Shown: positions 38,620-52,317, counted from the first letter of the whole stretch. The stretch is 63,869 nt of DNA, filler included, from Octopus bimaculoides (GCF_001194135.2; 5 parts of 5 records of this genome joined end to end with filler, not necessarily neighbours in it), one strand, 5' to 3'. Program-made: numbers and translations. The notes: generated by a model from the letters alone, not told the origin.

Positions 38620-39247
38620 TAGAGAGAGGGAGTGATAGAGAGGGAGAAAGGAAGAGAGAGAGGGAGAAAGGAAGAGAGAGAGGGAGAAAGGAAGAGGGAG
38701 AGGGAGAGAGAGAAATAATAAATGGAAGAGGAGGGGGTTGGTTTACCTCTGGGATTCAACAGAAATCTTGTACAAGAAAAAAAGAAACAGTCCTATTTTT
38801 CTTGTTCTTTCTAAGAAGCGTCCTCATTTGCCAGCTGAAAACAGCCGAGTTGATAAGATGCCAGATAACAAGCAGGTCTTCTCCTGTTGCTTCGTTGTTC
38901 AACAAACAGGAGTAAAAACACTCGATGTAATAGAGTTTATTTATATTCGTTCTATATGGAGATTAATTACGTCGTTACTCAGAGTTTCGCTCCCCACACT
39001 CTTTGTGTAAACACACACAGAGACACACACACACGTACAGAGATTTGAACAGCCAAGACGAACTATAGCATATGAAATACCATACAAAATAAATGTTTTT
39101 CTTATCGAAACTATCTTCTCAAAGCGAAGATGTTTTCCTTAAATCAAGAATTTACATCGTACGGTTTTCTTTGATGCATTATTTCCTAATTCATTTCTGA
39201 GGCGATTGCTACAGACTCCGAATGAGGTGATAATCTCAACAAATTTT

Positions 39248-39908
39248 GGATCTATTTCAAAACGGGGGCACCAGTATTTTCTTAACGAAACACTAACGAA
39301 ACACTTTGAAACTTCGGACACTGGTAGAATGTGTCATATAAAACATCTTTTACTCTTAGTCTTCTTAACAAAAAAACGTACATCGCAAGTTATTCCATGT
39401 TAAAGTTGTCGTATTTCTGTAATTTCAACCAATCACTGGCGTCTATTCAGCTGAATAGAGTTACTGCTGGGCGGTCATAAAAATGTTATTCCCTGTGACA
39501 TATTTCATCCGGTTTAATCGTAATTTATACGCATATATTGTTTATATAATAAATTACGCTGTGCGTATCTATGTGTGTAACAATTTTAGAGTTCGGATTC
39601 TCGAGTTAGGGTTAGTTTTAGGGTTAGGGTTAGGGTTAACAGTCTCGTTAGGGTTAGGGTTAGGGTTAGGGGATTAATACGATATACACCGTTACAGCGC
39701 TAACTGTTTTCAACTGAATAGACGTCAGTGATTAGTAGAAATTATCGAAATAAGACAATTTTTTACATGAAATAAATTCGAATACAAAATTTTTTTTCTG
39801 TTCTATAACACAAAATAGATAAGTATACGAAGTTTGAAAGTCTTTCGGTACCAAAAACACTACATAAAACATAAATGAAAACTGGTGCCCCCGTTTTGAA
39901 ATAGATCC
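39248..39908. mobile_element. MITE with 28-bp TIRs, 8-bp TSD and internal TTAGGG repeats
   Basis: TIR GGATCTATTTCAAAACGGGGGCACCAGT and its inverse at 39881-39908; TSD CAAATTTT at 39240-39247 and 39909-39916. Confidence 0.9.
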
Positions 39909-40669
39909 CAAATTTTTTTATTTCGCACGAGATAAGATGTTTATTTTTTGAAGGAAAAGACCATGATAATTACATGTTTCTACCTAAATATACGTCATCA
40001 GCACTGCATTGCCATTCGTTGCCTTCATCCAGATTACACACACAAACACTCAGAGTAAGCAATACTATCAGGAAATAAACGAACAATAACTATAATAGTA
40101 TTTTGTGCACTTAAATAGCTTACATTATTCCTGCCTGGCGTGATTTTTATATATATAGTCTCACTCGATGTCCAAGAAATAGTGGCCAAGCCCCTTAGAA
40201 GTCTCACCTTACAGTTTTAAAAATGCATATTTTTAGTATATCCGGGTGCACATTTACAGTCAATTAGACAGAATATTCAAGGCGAGATTGCCTCTGATCA
40301 GAGAGCTGATCAATCAGTATTGACCCATGGTTAAACCACAACTACGGCAACAATATGTATGAGTTATATGAAACCCATTTTGATGTTTTGACAGCAAATC
40401 ATGCGTACAATAAGATATTTCAATCCTGCACTTGGAGACTAATTGTTAATGGGGGTGAGGGAAGCACTAGATATTAATCACAGAATGCAGATTTCGTGAC
40501 AGTCAGTTGGTCCAATTGTATGATTCAAGATCTATTCATATAAATTAAATGTTTCAGTACCTCGGACTGTTAACATTGTCTAATGACATAAGTAGCTACA
40601 ATAAAGTAGCTTGAGATGTTAATGTTTCAGTTTACGTTAATAAATACATCACATCAATACATCTATCTA

Positions 40670-40720
<51 letters not shown>

Positions 40721-40986
40721 AACTATCTATATTTATATTAAACAAGTTCAAAATAATGGTTATTACATATTTTCCCTTTATTGGAGCAAATTTAGCTTAC
40801 AGGTGTTTCAGTAATCATTATAGGTACGTTACCGATAGGTTTACTTAGTTGGTCTATTGAAAAATTGAACGACCTAAAAGAATGCTACTTTCATCAGAGC
40901 CATTTCTGATTATAACAAAGCAGAACACTGAGTCTGTGGGTGTATGGAGGAAAAGATGGAAAGATGCAAGTAGAATAGAGAAAAGA

Positions 40987-41033
<47 letters not shown>

Positions 41034-41241
41034 NNNNNNNNNNTGCAACTATACATACATACATGCCTGTATGCACGCACGCACACACACACACATAAAT
41101 ATATATATGCGTGTGTGTGTATTTGTGTGTGTAGTATGCTTATGTATATGTATATATACATACGAGTGCATTTGTTAGTATATAAAGTTAAATAATATTT
41201 GGGGTACAAAAACCCTTGTAGTATACTATGCACAACTACCG

Positions 41242-41272
<31 letters not shown>

Positions 41273-41341
41273 TGTATGCATGTATATATGTATGTATGCA
41301 TGCATGCATGCATGTATGTATGCATGTATGCATGCATACAT

Positions 41342-41381
<40 letters not shown>

Positions 41382-41518
41382 ATGTAGCATATACAGAAAT
41401 ACGTTACAACAGTAACATATTTCAGAGTACAACTTTGAATGCCCCGATAAATATGAAACAACCGTCAATAAATCGCTAACCTGATGATTGAATCTACAAC
41501 AATAACAACAACAACAAT

Positions 41519-41598
<80 letters not shown>

Positions 41599-42426
41599 TA
41601 TACCAGAAACTGTTTACGCGCAGTCGATAATGAATTCACGAAGTAACAAGTAGGCGCTAGTAATTTCAATGAAGAATACCTACCTTCATCCACCAACACA
41701 AAACAACATGGAGACACAGTCTAATTATAAAAATAAAACGGCTACTCATTATAAAACTAATGAAAAAAAATTAAGGAGAGTAATTAAACAAAACGTACTT
41801 TGTATCAGATCTTAGGATGAAGTAGTTGCTTTGTTAGGTATAATAAATATTAAAAACTTCAGACTATTAAAAGTCAAGAGTTAATATATTAGTAGCAGAA
41901 ACACCACCCACAAATTTTATTGGACTCCAAGGTCAACTTCTCCTAAATATATTTTATGATGATAAAGTCTGATCAACGCTTGTAATAACTGAGGACAAAG
42001 ACACTATAAAGAAATACTGTGAAGAGACATTACAAAAAGACACGCAATAAGCAGACACCCTGACCAGAAATCTCATAGCCGTCATTAACCAATCAAACGT
42101 TAGTAATGTATTTATACATACCAATATGGAAGATTCTACGTGATATCTCAACTTAATGGAGATAACAGTCAAATTTCATTGAAACTACAACCATAGAGGA
42201 AGGGTACGTTAGATAGTGTAATCGCAGGTGCTCCAAGAAAGACATGCTGGTCACAGCTTTGGTCAATAGCCTGGTTTTTCGGAGTTGGTCTGAGTTAAAC
42301 AACAACAACAACAACAATTTGTTAACGTAAAAGCTGCCTACATCGTAACATCATAAAATGGCAAAACTTGTACGAGTTCTGTTACATACATCGAGTGTTT
42401 GTTGAACAGGAAATTTAATGATGATT

Positions 42427-42462
<36 letters not shown>

Positions 42463-43169
42463 TGATTTCTTTTATTTGCCTCCTGAGCAATGGATGAGAG
42501 ACAACCACAATGATATGACAAATATTTGAGGATTTACATTTATCATCGAAAAATGAAATACAAGCATACATAGTACTAAAAAATGATGAGGATAAAGCGG
42601 CTCCCGTGATACAACAGGACCTCCATCTATGGCCACTCTGAGACCCTACATACCCAACACAAAGGGCATGTGTTCAATTCTCCGACATACAGGCGTAAGC
42701 TTAGAGCGGCTCCGTCTACTTTCATCCGCCCTTCGTAAAAATCACTCGTGCACAGCCCTTCCTACTAACCACGCTCACCTTCCTTTTTTCAAGGAAAACG
42801 TGGCTAAGTCGAATAGTACAGCTTGTGTAAACGACATTACATGTAAAACAAGTACTCTTAGTTTGTTGGTGATAACATTCGCAATTTACAGTAACAACAA
42901 CAATTTGATAAAATATACGGCTGACACAACCAACCCACCTCCCACCCGACTACTGCTACACTCAGCCACCCCGATAACCCGTCAGTTTATCAATATAGCA
43001 CATTAAGACATAAAGGAATTGGGTACTTCAGTGTACACATGTGGAATATAGTGGTGTGAAATGGCGTATGTGCATATACATCTATGTGTATGTGTGTGTG
43101 TGTGTGTTTGTTATGAATGCACTATATATTTTGTTTGAATTTATTCTGTGTGTGCATGAGCGAGTGTGT

Positions 43170-43265
<96 letters not shown>

Positions 43266-44091
43266 CCTATACATACATACATACATAAGAGAAATATGAT
43301 ACGTACCAACCCGCTTGGAGCAAGGTATGGCTGAACTTGGGTTCTTGGGGAGAGAATGCAAATCCTTAATTCATATGTTACCAATGATCACGATATCTGA
43401 CTATAAAAATCTGCAAGAGCTTCTTCAGATTTAAAGAATGATGAACAAAACAAAATGCTTTCCTTCACAACATTGCTACTAAGTGGGTGGCCGTTTAAAA
43501 TTTACTCTAAAATTAAAAAGAGAAAGAGAACACACATACATACATATATACATACATACAGACATACATACATATATACATACACACTCGCACAGGCACA
43601 CATACGCACACACGTACGTATATACATATATACATACATAAACACGAATGTATGTGTATATGCACGTATTTATAAATAAACGTGTTTCTGTATACCTTAT
43701 AAATATACGAATTTATTCACACCGGTGTTGGTGTGTTTACGTCTTCATAACCAGCGGTACGACTAAACAGCATAAATACCAGGCTCAAAAAATAAGTACT
43801 AGGGTCGATTCGCTTGACTTAAAGTTCTTCAAGACGGTGCCCCAGCATGGCCGTAGTCTAATAACAATGACAACTGAAAGAAGATAACAGATATACGCAT
43901 ACATATGAACATACGTATATGTATGTATATGATGGAATATGCATTACAAATATATAATATATATTTCCACACATACGCGTATATATATAAGCACACACAC
44001 ATGCATATGCACACAGAGGAAACCGTTGATTATTATCACGGATGAAGTTATGAAATATTCATTGCTATCAATATGTACAAAGAATTATAAA

Positions 44092-44960
44092 GGCGGTGAG
44101 CTGGCAGAAGCGTTAGCACGCCGGCCGAAATGCTTAGCAGTATTTCGTCTGCCGTTAGGTTCTGAGTTCAAATTCTGCCGAGCTCGACTTTGCCTTTCAT
44201 CCTTTCGGGGTTGATTAAATAGTACCAATTACGCACTGGGATCGATGTAATCGACTTAATCCCTTTGTCTGCCCTTGCTCGCCTCCTATATGTCTAGCCC
44301 CCTCTGGGCAAGTAAAGAAATAAATATTTGCAGAATCGTAAGGCTGCGAGCTAGCAGAATCGTTAGCACGCCGGGCAAACGGCTTAGCGGCATTTCGCCC
44401 GTCTTCACGTATTGAGTTCCAATTCCGCCGAGGTCGACTTTGTTTTTCAGTACCGAGGTCGACTTTGCTTTTCAGTACCGACGTCGACGTAATCGACTTA
44501 CTCCTCACACAAAATTGCCGACCTTGTGCCAAAATTTGAAATCAATTTTGGCAGAATCGTTACCGCGCCGGATCAAATAGGTAGCGGCATTTCTTCCGGC
44601 TTTACATTTTGAAATGTCGATTTTGTCTTTCATCTTTTCGGATTTGATAAAATAAGTACCAGTTGCACACTGAGGTGGATGTAACTAACTATCCCCCTAT
44701 CCACCAATTTCAGTTTTGGTGATTATGGTAGAAAGAATATTAGTTAGTCCCAAAGTGATGAACTGGCAGAAGAGTCAGAGCGTCGGACAAAATGTCTTGC
44801 GATATTTCTTCCGACTCTTTACATTCTGAATTCAAGTCTCGCAAAGGTAAACCTTACTTTCATCCCTTCGGGTTCGATGAAATAAATATAAATAGCGAGG
44901 TCGATGGATGCGACTAAACCCCACCCCTCAAAATTATTAGCCTTGTGTCTAAACTATATA
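44092..44960 (+). mobile_element. Four head-to-tail OK-like SINE copies (~44092-44322, 44342-44545, 44549-44735, 44753-44960)
   Basis: Repeated TGGCAGAA head and GTCGACTTTGCCTTTCATCCTTTCGGGG-type body, increasingly diverged. Confidence 0.8.
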
Positions 44961-45024
44961 AAATACTAACCAGTCTCATACGCTGAGTAAAAAGTTATTC
45001 CCTTATCTGAATCACACTCTAAAA

Positions 45025-45430
45025 ATGTTTGTGGTAAGAAGCTTGCTTCTCAACCACATGGTTCTAGGTTCAGTCCCACTGCGTGATACCTTGGGCAAGT
45101 GTCTTCTACTATGGCCTCGGGCCGACAAAAGCCTTGTGAGTGGATTTGGTAGATGGAAACTGAAAGAAGCCCATCATATATATACATCTATATCTGTATA
45201 CCTATGTGTGTGTTTCACTGTGTCTGAGTTTGTTCCTACAACCCGCTTGACAACCGGTGTGTTTACGTCCCCGTAACCTAGCAGTTCAGCAAAAGAGACT
45301 GATAAAATAATTACAAGGCTTCAAAACAAATAGTCATAGGGCTGATATGTTCGATTAAAACCCTTCAAGGCGGTGCCTCAGCATGGCCGCAGTCAAAGGA
45401 CAGAAATAAGTAAAAGTAGAAAGATAAAAG
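45025..45430 (+). mobile_element. OR-like CORE SINE
   Basis: Same family features as 22086-22676. Confidence 0.82.
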
Positions 45431-45726
45431 ATAGTAAACTGATTACGCTAATCACTAATTGCAGTTGTTCATTAATCGATGAAACGAGTTTTGTAAACCA
45501 ATCACAGAAACCCCCAATAAGAAGGTATTAGAGTTTATTACAAAAGAAATTGCCCGAGAAGTGCGGCCATACAGGAGCAACTGCATTCAATAGTTTGAGC
45601 GTTCCTACCCTTGTATATATTGCTGGTACTCATTTAATCAATCATTATTGAATCGCTAAGGTACGGAACATCAAAGGAGGCAGCATAAATGCAATACAGG
45701 TTCCAACAAACATAGACACGTTTACA

Positions 45727-45813
<87 letters not shown>

Positions 45814-45829
45814 GAAAGCTTTCATCCCC

Positions 45830-46512
45830 ACATTCTACCAGCAGAATGTGTGGAAAGAGGGTCGAAAACGTGACTCACATTGTTAGTGTTTGTGAAAGTC
45901 TTGCACAGAAAGAGTACACGCGCAGACATGACGAGCTAGGCCAAAACTTTCACTGGCTTCTATGCCGGAAGCATGGGTACGAGGTAACGGGTGCTTGGTA
46001 CCAACATACACCGGAAAAGGTAATGGACGAAGAGGGGAAGGCAAAAATCGTCTGAAACTTTGATTTCCAGACAGACAAGGTATTAGAGCACCAAAAGCCG
46101 GATATAGTAATCTTTAGGAGTGCCAAACAGGGGTGCCTAATAATCGATGTGGCAGTGCCAGGAGATCAACATATTATCATGAAAGAAAGAGAAAAGATTG
46201 ATAAACATGGAGACCTGAGAATTGAGATCGTCAAGGTATGGCAGCTACGAGAGTCAAACATGGAGGTTGTCTCTGTTGTCATGGGAGCATCGGGTTCAAC
46301 AATACCACCCAACCTGAAGAAACATCTGGAAACTTTTAAAATACTCTGCAATCTAGGTGAATTGTAAAAATCGGCATTAATTGGAACTGCACGCATATTG
46401 AGTAAAGTACTATCAGTTTGAGGTCCTTGTTGTGACTAGACAGACAGACAAAGACAGTACACAATATCTTCATTCAACAACATCACGATATTGGATACTG
46501 TGCGACGACTTA
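45830..46512 (+). mobile_element. R4/Dong-clade non-LTR retrotransposon 3' fragment (CCHC plus restriction-like endonuclease)
   Basis: CRMCGKRVENVTHIVSVC, HQKPDIVIF, CLIIDVAVP, KEREKIDKHGDL; followed by (GAT)/(AAT)n. Confidence 0.85.
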
Positions 46513-46519
46513 AATGATA

Positions 46520-46552
<33 letters not shown>

Positions 46553-46555
46553 TTG

Positions 46556-46620
<65 letters not shown>

Positions 46621-46624
46621 GATG

Positions 46625-46704
<80 letters not shown>

Positions 46705-47134
46705 GATGATGATGGTGATGATGATGATACCCAAATTAATATCAACAAAGCAACAACAACAACAACAACAACAACTATAATAATATTATTATTTTTCTAC
46801 AAATTTGCCTGAAGATCAAATGAAGAGTAAAGTATTTCGTAGGTAGTTCTTGAATGCTGTCAGTTAAGTTTCCTCAATTGTTGTTCTGTAGAACAAAAGC
46901 ATTGATTGTTTGTTACACCAGTTTTTATAAAAGTTTTAATAAGATTATTGAATGTACTTTAAGAAAGAGAATCAAAGAAAATCCACTTTTCTTGTTGATA
47001 AACCAGAAATATACAATTCTCCATTTTGGAACTACATTCATAAATTAGATTTGATTTGTAAAAACACTTTTGATTCCATATATGGTATGCATTTGTTTCC
47101 ATTGGGCACAAATCATATTTAGGAAGGAAATTTG

Positions 47135-47325
47135 GTTTAACCCTAGGCAGTTCTAATCAAGTAAACACATGATCAAAATGTTGTTTAGCCCCAGGTCACT
47201 CCTGATCAAGCAAAAGTTTGTTCGAAGGATTGCTTAGCTGCAGGTCAGTCACGATCCAGCAAACCTATGATCAAAGGGTTGTTTAACCCTAGGCCAGTCT
47301 TTATCACGCAAGCCTATGTTTAATG
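47135..47325 (+). repeat. About four tandem ~45-bp units (TTTAACCCTAGGTCAG...CTGATCAAGCAAACCTATGATCAAAGG-like)
   Basis: Repeated GTTTAACCCTAGG/GTTTAGCCCCAGG starts; related single units near 25590-25635 (-), 29652-29710 and 47845-47895. Confidence 0.65.
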
Positions 47326-48483
47326 ACTATCTCTTTTTTGCAGGCATTGTGTACCTTGGACTACATGCGTCAATGTGTCCGTTTTTTGAAAACTGTGAAG
47401 TGTGAGATATATTTATAGGGAAGACTGCTACCATGTTTTGATGGTGTTCCTTCGTTAACCTTGCTCGATTACTGAGACTGATGAGGAAGATGATTGATAT
47501 TGGTGAGATTGATGTGGGTGGTGTTTGTCTATTCAATTTGAAATGTGTTTAGATCGATTTCTGGTTTAGACGAAGTGTTTAATGTGGCGATTGGGCTCTC
47601 ATACACCTCTTCTTTACACACACAAAGACACACTGACAATATAGCTCAAACTGCATAATGCTTGAAAACAAAACAGTTGGACACGATGCCTTTAATTTTG
47701 GGTCCGCTTGATCAAGGCTGGCCTACAGCTAAACTACAACCACTAACTAAAAGTAGTGGATTTGCTTTGTGGGTGTAGGAAGTGTGCCGAGTTTCTTACG
47801 GTTAGTTTACAAGAGTATAGACTGTTATTGTTGCTGAGTCCGCCAATTCAACCCTGATCGAGCAGACTTTTCATGAAAAGCATTCCAGTCCATTTTCTTT
47901 ATTATCAGACATAGAACATAGTTCTTTATAATCAGACACTGGACATCTAGGACCAAATGTCAACTGATGAGGTCGGATTATGAGTGCAAAATATGTTCTG
48001 AGTCTCCCTTACTTGCTGAAATAATTCAAATATGATTAATTTTCAGCTAATGGTGTTTTCCTGATCACAATTATTTTTTGCTAGTCTTTTAAAGGTCCCT
48101 GAAATAAATATTTAGCGCTCACTCTCAAGAAGAGCAATTGTTCAAAGTGTTAAATTTCTCTTCTTCCTCATGGCCTATAATTAATTCTAATTAGACAGAA
48201 AGACATCTAAACATCGTTTGGCATTTGGGACAAAAATCACTGAGAAGCTGAATTATACATACATACATGCATACATACATACATACATACATACATACAT
48301 ACATACATACATACATGCATGCATACATACAATATATTTAGGTCAATTTCTGGTTTAGACAAACTGTTTAATGTGACGATTGGGCAATCATACATCCATT
48401 CCTTTACACACATAAAGACACAATGGCAATGTAGCTCAAACTGCATATTTTTCAGTCTCTCTCTCTGTATATTTTCTCTTATT

Positions 48484-48521
48484 TCTTTCTGTTGAAGAGC
48501 GTAGGCTCGAAACGTAAAAGA
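48484..48521 (+). ncRNA. Hammerhead-like motif with non-canonical CUGUUGA core in a Penelope-type terminal repeat
   Basis: UCUUU-CUGUUGA-A-GAGC(GUAG)GCUC-GAAA-CGUA-AAAGA: 5-bp stem I, 4-bp stem II, palindromic ACGU stem III, GUA site. Confidence 0.6.
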
Positions 48522-48785
48522 TTTTTTCATTCTTCCGCGCGTCAAACTAATACACTTGCTTGTTGTTCATACATCTGTCTTCGTCTTCTGTTTTTCTATA
48601 AATTTGAACTATATATATATATATATGTAGATAAAAGTACAGTGAAATTGCCCTGTAGTCTTCTGCTGCACGCTTTTTTGTCGCTTTTTCCAAATAATAG
48701 ATTTCCCGATGCAGGACGCGACAAGCCTGCTTAGATTCTGTTTTAACTTTCTTTCTTTCTCTCTCCCTCCCTCTTTCTCATACTC

Positions 48786-48859
<74 letters not shown>

Positions 48860-49039
48860 CCTCTCTCTATCACACACACACACACACATATACACAAGCA
48901 TACGCATACGCAGACAAACACATGTACAAGCACGTACATTTTCATGTATATGTTAAAGATTTAATTTGAATACACTAAGGTGTACCGTTACTTTTGGTGT
49001 CCATAAATGACCTTTACAACTTGAAAATTTTTTTTAAAT

Positions 49040-49900
49040 AAATGAAAAATAAGGATAACTCAGCAGAGTTTAGAAACATCAGAAGCCTCTCATGTGGGCT
49101 CCATTGGTTGCATGCAGCACATCTAGACGACAATCAGTTTCTGACCATGTGCGTTGAAGCATCTGCTCATGAACGTTGGATACGGTTTGGCATATTTTTC
49201 CTTGAGATCATTGAGGTTTTCAACTTTTGTACAATAAACTCTGTCTTTAATGTAGTCCTGTAAGAAGAAGTCTAGAGATATCTGGTAATCATTATGGTCA
49301 GGGAACTGAACCACCTATTGCAATCCACTGGTTTGGGAAAGTTTCATTAAGAGATTCTCGAACAGGTCAATCTCCAGAGTGGCGACGCACCATCTTGTTG
49401 GAAAATAACTACTGGTTGCAAGTGCTGCCACTGTAGTACGACAAATTCTTGTGAAAAATCAATATAATTGTTGGAGATAATGGTAATTCCTGCAAAGAAA
49501 AATGGGACGATCACTTGACCAAACATGAGACCGAACCAAACACATTTGGGCTGTTTCTCTCCAGTTCTTTTGTTTCCTATGGGTTTTCTGAATCCCAGAT
49601 TCTGGTGTTGTACTTATTTATCATTTCTGATACATGAAATATTCCTTCATCACTGAAACAAATCTTTTGAAGGAAGATTTTATCTTCATGTCACCGAATT
49701 AACATGTCCACCGAAAATTGTTTACTTTGGGATATGCCGCCAGCCTGAAGTGCTTACAAAAAACTGCACTTTATAAAGCCTCAAGTTCCTGTAAATTGTT
49801 GAACGTGCTAAACTTAACTACTTGTGGAAGATATAAAGATAATTTATGGACACAGTGTTTATACTGAATTTCTGTAGCATTAAATACAGCCTTTATGGAA
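49040..49900 (-). mobile_element. Degenerate Tc1/mariner transposase
   Basis: Minus-strand FQQDGASP...W and LDFFLQDYIKDRVY...NLNDLK motifs. Confidence 0.75.
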
Positions 49901-50133
49901 CATTTATATAGTATGTATATAATACATAATTTCTATGGTATATACAGGGTGGGCCAAAAGTTAAGCACAAAAAAGTTCAATACTCTTCGAAGTTGTCAAA
50001 GACATGCTTCAAGTTTTTTAAAATTGAATAAAATAAACTAATGATGAATGCACAGGAAGAAAAGTAACACACTACCTACATATATCCAACCAAGAATAAG
50101 ACCGAACCTGAACCAAACCAAAATGATAAAATG

Positions 50134-50200
<67 letters not shown>

Positions 50201-51027
50201 TAATAATAATAATAATAATAATGATAATAATAATGATAATAATAATAATAATGGTTTCAAATTTTGAGATAAGGCAGGCGGTTTCGGGAGAGATAAGTCA
50301 AATACATCGAACCCCAGTGTTCAACTGGTACTTACTCCATCCTGAATGGATGAAAGGCAGCAACGTAATGTAATTTCAAACATTTTGGTGCGTGACTTTT
50401 GTCTATTATGTATGAATAATAATACATAATTTATATTGTACCACTATATATTGTATACACCTCCCCGTTTTGGAGTTTGTATGTTTACAGGGACGTAAAC
50501 GTATCAACAACGGTTATCAAGCGGTGATGGGGGTACAAACACAAACACACAGAGTCATATATCTATATCACAGCAGAATCTGCTGTGATGAATCTACAAA
50601 CAAATATACAAAACAGCTAAAGGTATTTTTTCCTTCTGAAGAGATTGTGGTCAGAAACATGAATTTGATATTTAATTAATTCTCTGTGTATAATTGAATC
50701 GGCTGTAAGGGATAATGATCGATTTGTTGTTGATAATAAACTCTTATTAACTTCACAATCTCCAGTTTCTTCTTCCTTTCTACGAATATAAACCACAGTT
50801 TATATACATACCTATAATTTTAAGGAAATCAATTCTTCCGCAAATATTAGGTATTGAACAAGTATTTCTTTGGGTGATACCATCCCTTCATGAGGCTAAC
50901 ATAACCTCTAATTGAATTGGGTATANNNNNNNNNNNNNNNNNNNNNNNNNNNNNNNNNNNNNNNNNNNNTTAATTAATTAANNNNNNNNNNNNNNNNNNN
51001 NNNNNNNNNNNNNNNNNNNNNNNNNTG

Positions 51028-51058
<31 letters not shown>

Positions 51059-51060
51059 GC

Positions 51061-51232
51061 GATGGTCTTCCACACAGTTTCTGTCTACCAAATTCACTGA
51101 CAAGACATTAGTCGGCCCGGGGCTATTGTAGAAAATACTTGCCCAAAGTGCCGCGCAGTGGAACTGAACCCCAAAACACGTGGCTGCAAAGCGAACTTCC
51201 TAACCTCACCACCATGTCTGTGTCTATAACAG
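51061..51232 (-). mobile_element. OR-like SINE, 5' part
   Basis: Reverse complement of the GGTTCAGTTCCACTGCGCGGCACTTTGGGCAAG head. Confidence 0.75.
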
Positions 51233-51627
51233 ATGCAACTAACACAAGTCTCTCTGCAGTGGAGTGACACTCTCAACCATTCGACAATACCTGCTCTAAT
51301 ATCAACCGTACTGCGGCCTACTTTATTAATATTGCTTATGTTATTGAGAGGAGGCAAATGTGTGAAAGTTGACCCAGACAGGACTTCAACGCACAGTCCC
51401 GAATGAAACAAAGCATTTTGAGTTCATCTTTGATGTTTCTGCCAGTTTATCGACCTGATTAAATTATTAATTATTAATTAATATACTAAGTTAATTAGCA
51501 CCATCATCTATACATTAACAATAATTTTTGTCTGTTGTTTGTGTTTTAATCTCGTATAAAATTCACAGGTCTGTAGCATATGACTAAATTAGTCTCAGTA
51601 CTAAGAGGACCATCGTTTTTACATTTA

Positions 51628-52317
51628 CAGGGTGTTCGGACTAAACTTGATAGTTTTTTACGTCTCCCTTTCTTCGGGAGCAATTTAATGTATTGGTGAA
51701 CAGTCAAGGGCGTTGGAGAGCATAAAAATTAAAGATCTTCATGAGAAAAAGTTAGCTGATATAGCGGACTTAAAACCATATGAATATTGGAAAAAAAGTT
51801 ACCTGTATCATGGTGGTTCGCGCCGGGTGTCAACATACCGACGTCATGACTGCTGCTCAATATTCTGTGAACAATGTAAAGAAGGCTGTAAAACGTGATA
51901 TGGATATCATCAGAGGCGGACTGGTCAGGTTGCCAGCTTTCCCGATGGCAAGTGGGCTGCTCCTGTGCCATTAGAATCTATATATAGGGGCCCATGTTAG
52001 TTTCTAAGGGGCCCATCCCCCTTCAAGTTTGAGAATTTTTTTATTCACTCCTGGAAGAATGCATTAGTTATTTCAGCCTGGCTGTGTTTGTAGACAGTTA
52101 AAAAGAATACTTTAATCAAAATGAAAAAAAATTAAATGATAGCATTGTAGTTGCAGGTGGGCCCCTTTTGTAGTTGCGGGTGGGCCCCCTTAGTTTCCTG
52201 GCAACCAATTTTTTAGACCCAGTTCGCCACTGGACATCATGAAAACCAAGTAACCCCAAACTGTAATGACATTTGAGTGTGTTTCCTGTGAGGGTGACGT
52301 CATACCACCCCACATCA
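51628..52317 (+). mobile_element. Internally deleted Tc1/mariner (maT-like), interrupted by a hAT MITE
   Basis: TA|CAGGGTGTTCGGACTAAAC TIR-like start; HTH-like N-terminus; KTK*PQTVMTFECVSCEGDVIPPHI resumes after the MITE. Confidence 0.7.
51911..52232. mobile_element. hAT-type MITE
   Basis: TIRs CAGAGGCGGACTGG / CCAGTTCGCCACTG (12/14 match); 8-bp TSD GATATCAT (51903-51910) vs GACATCAT (52233-52240). Confidence 0.8.

Noticed and set aside
39606-39672. TTAGGG as a true telomere or chromosome fusion site
   Set aside because: Short, single-orientation and enclosed in a TIR/TSD-bounded MITE
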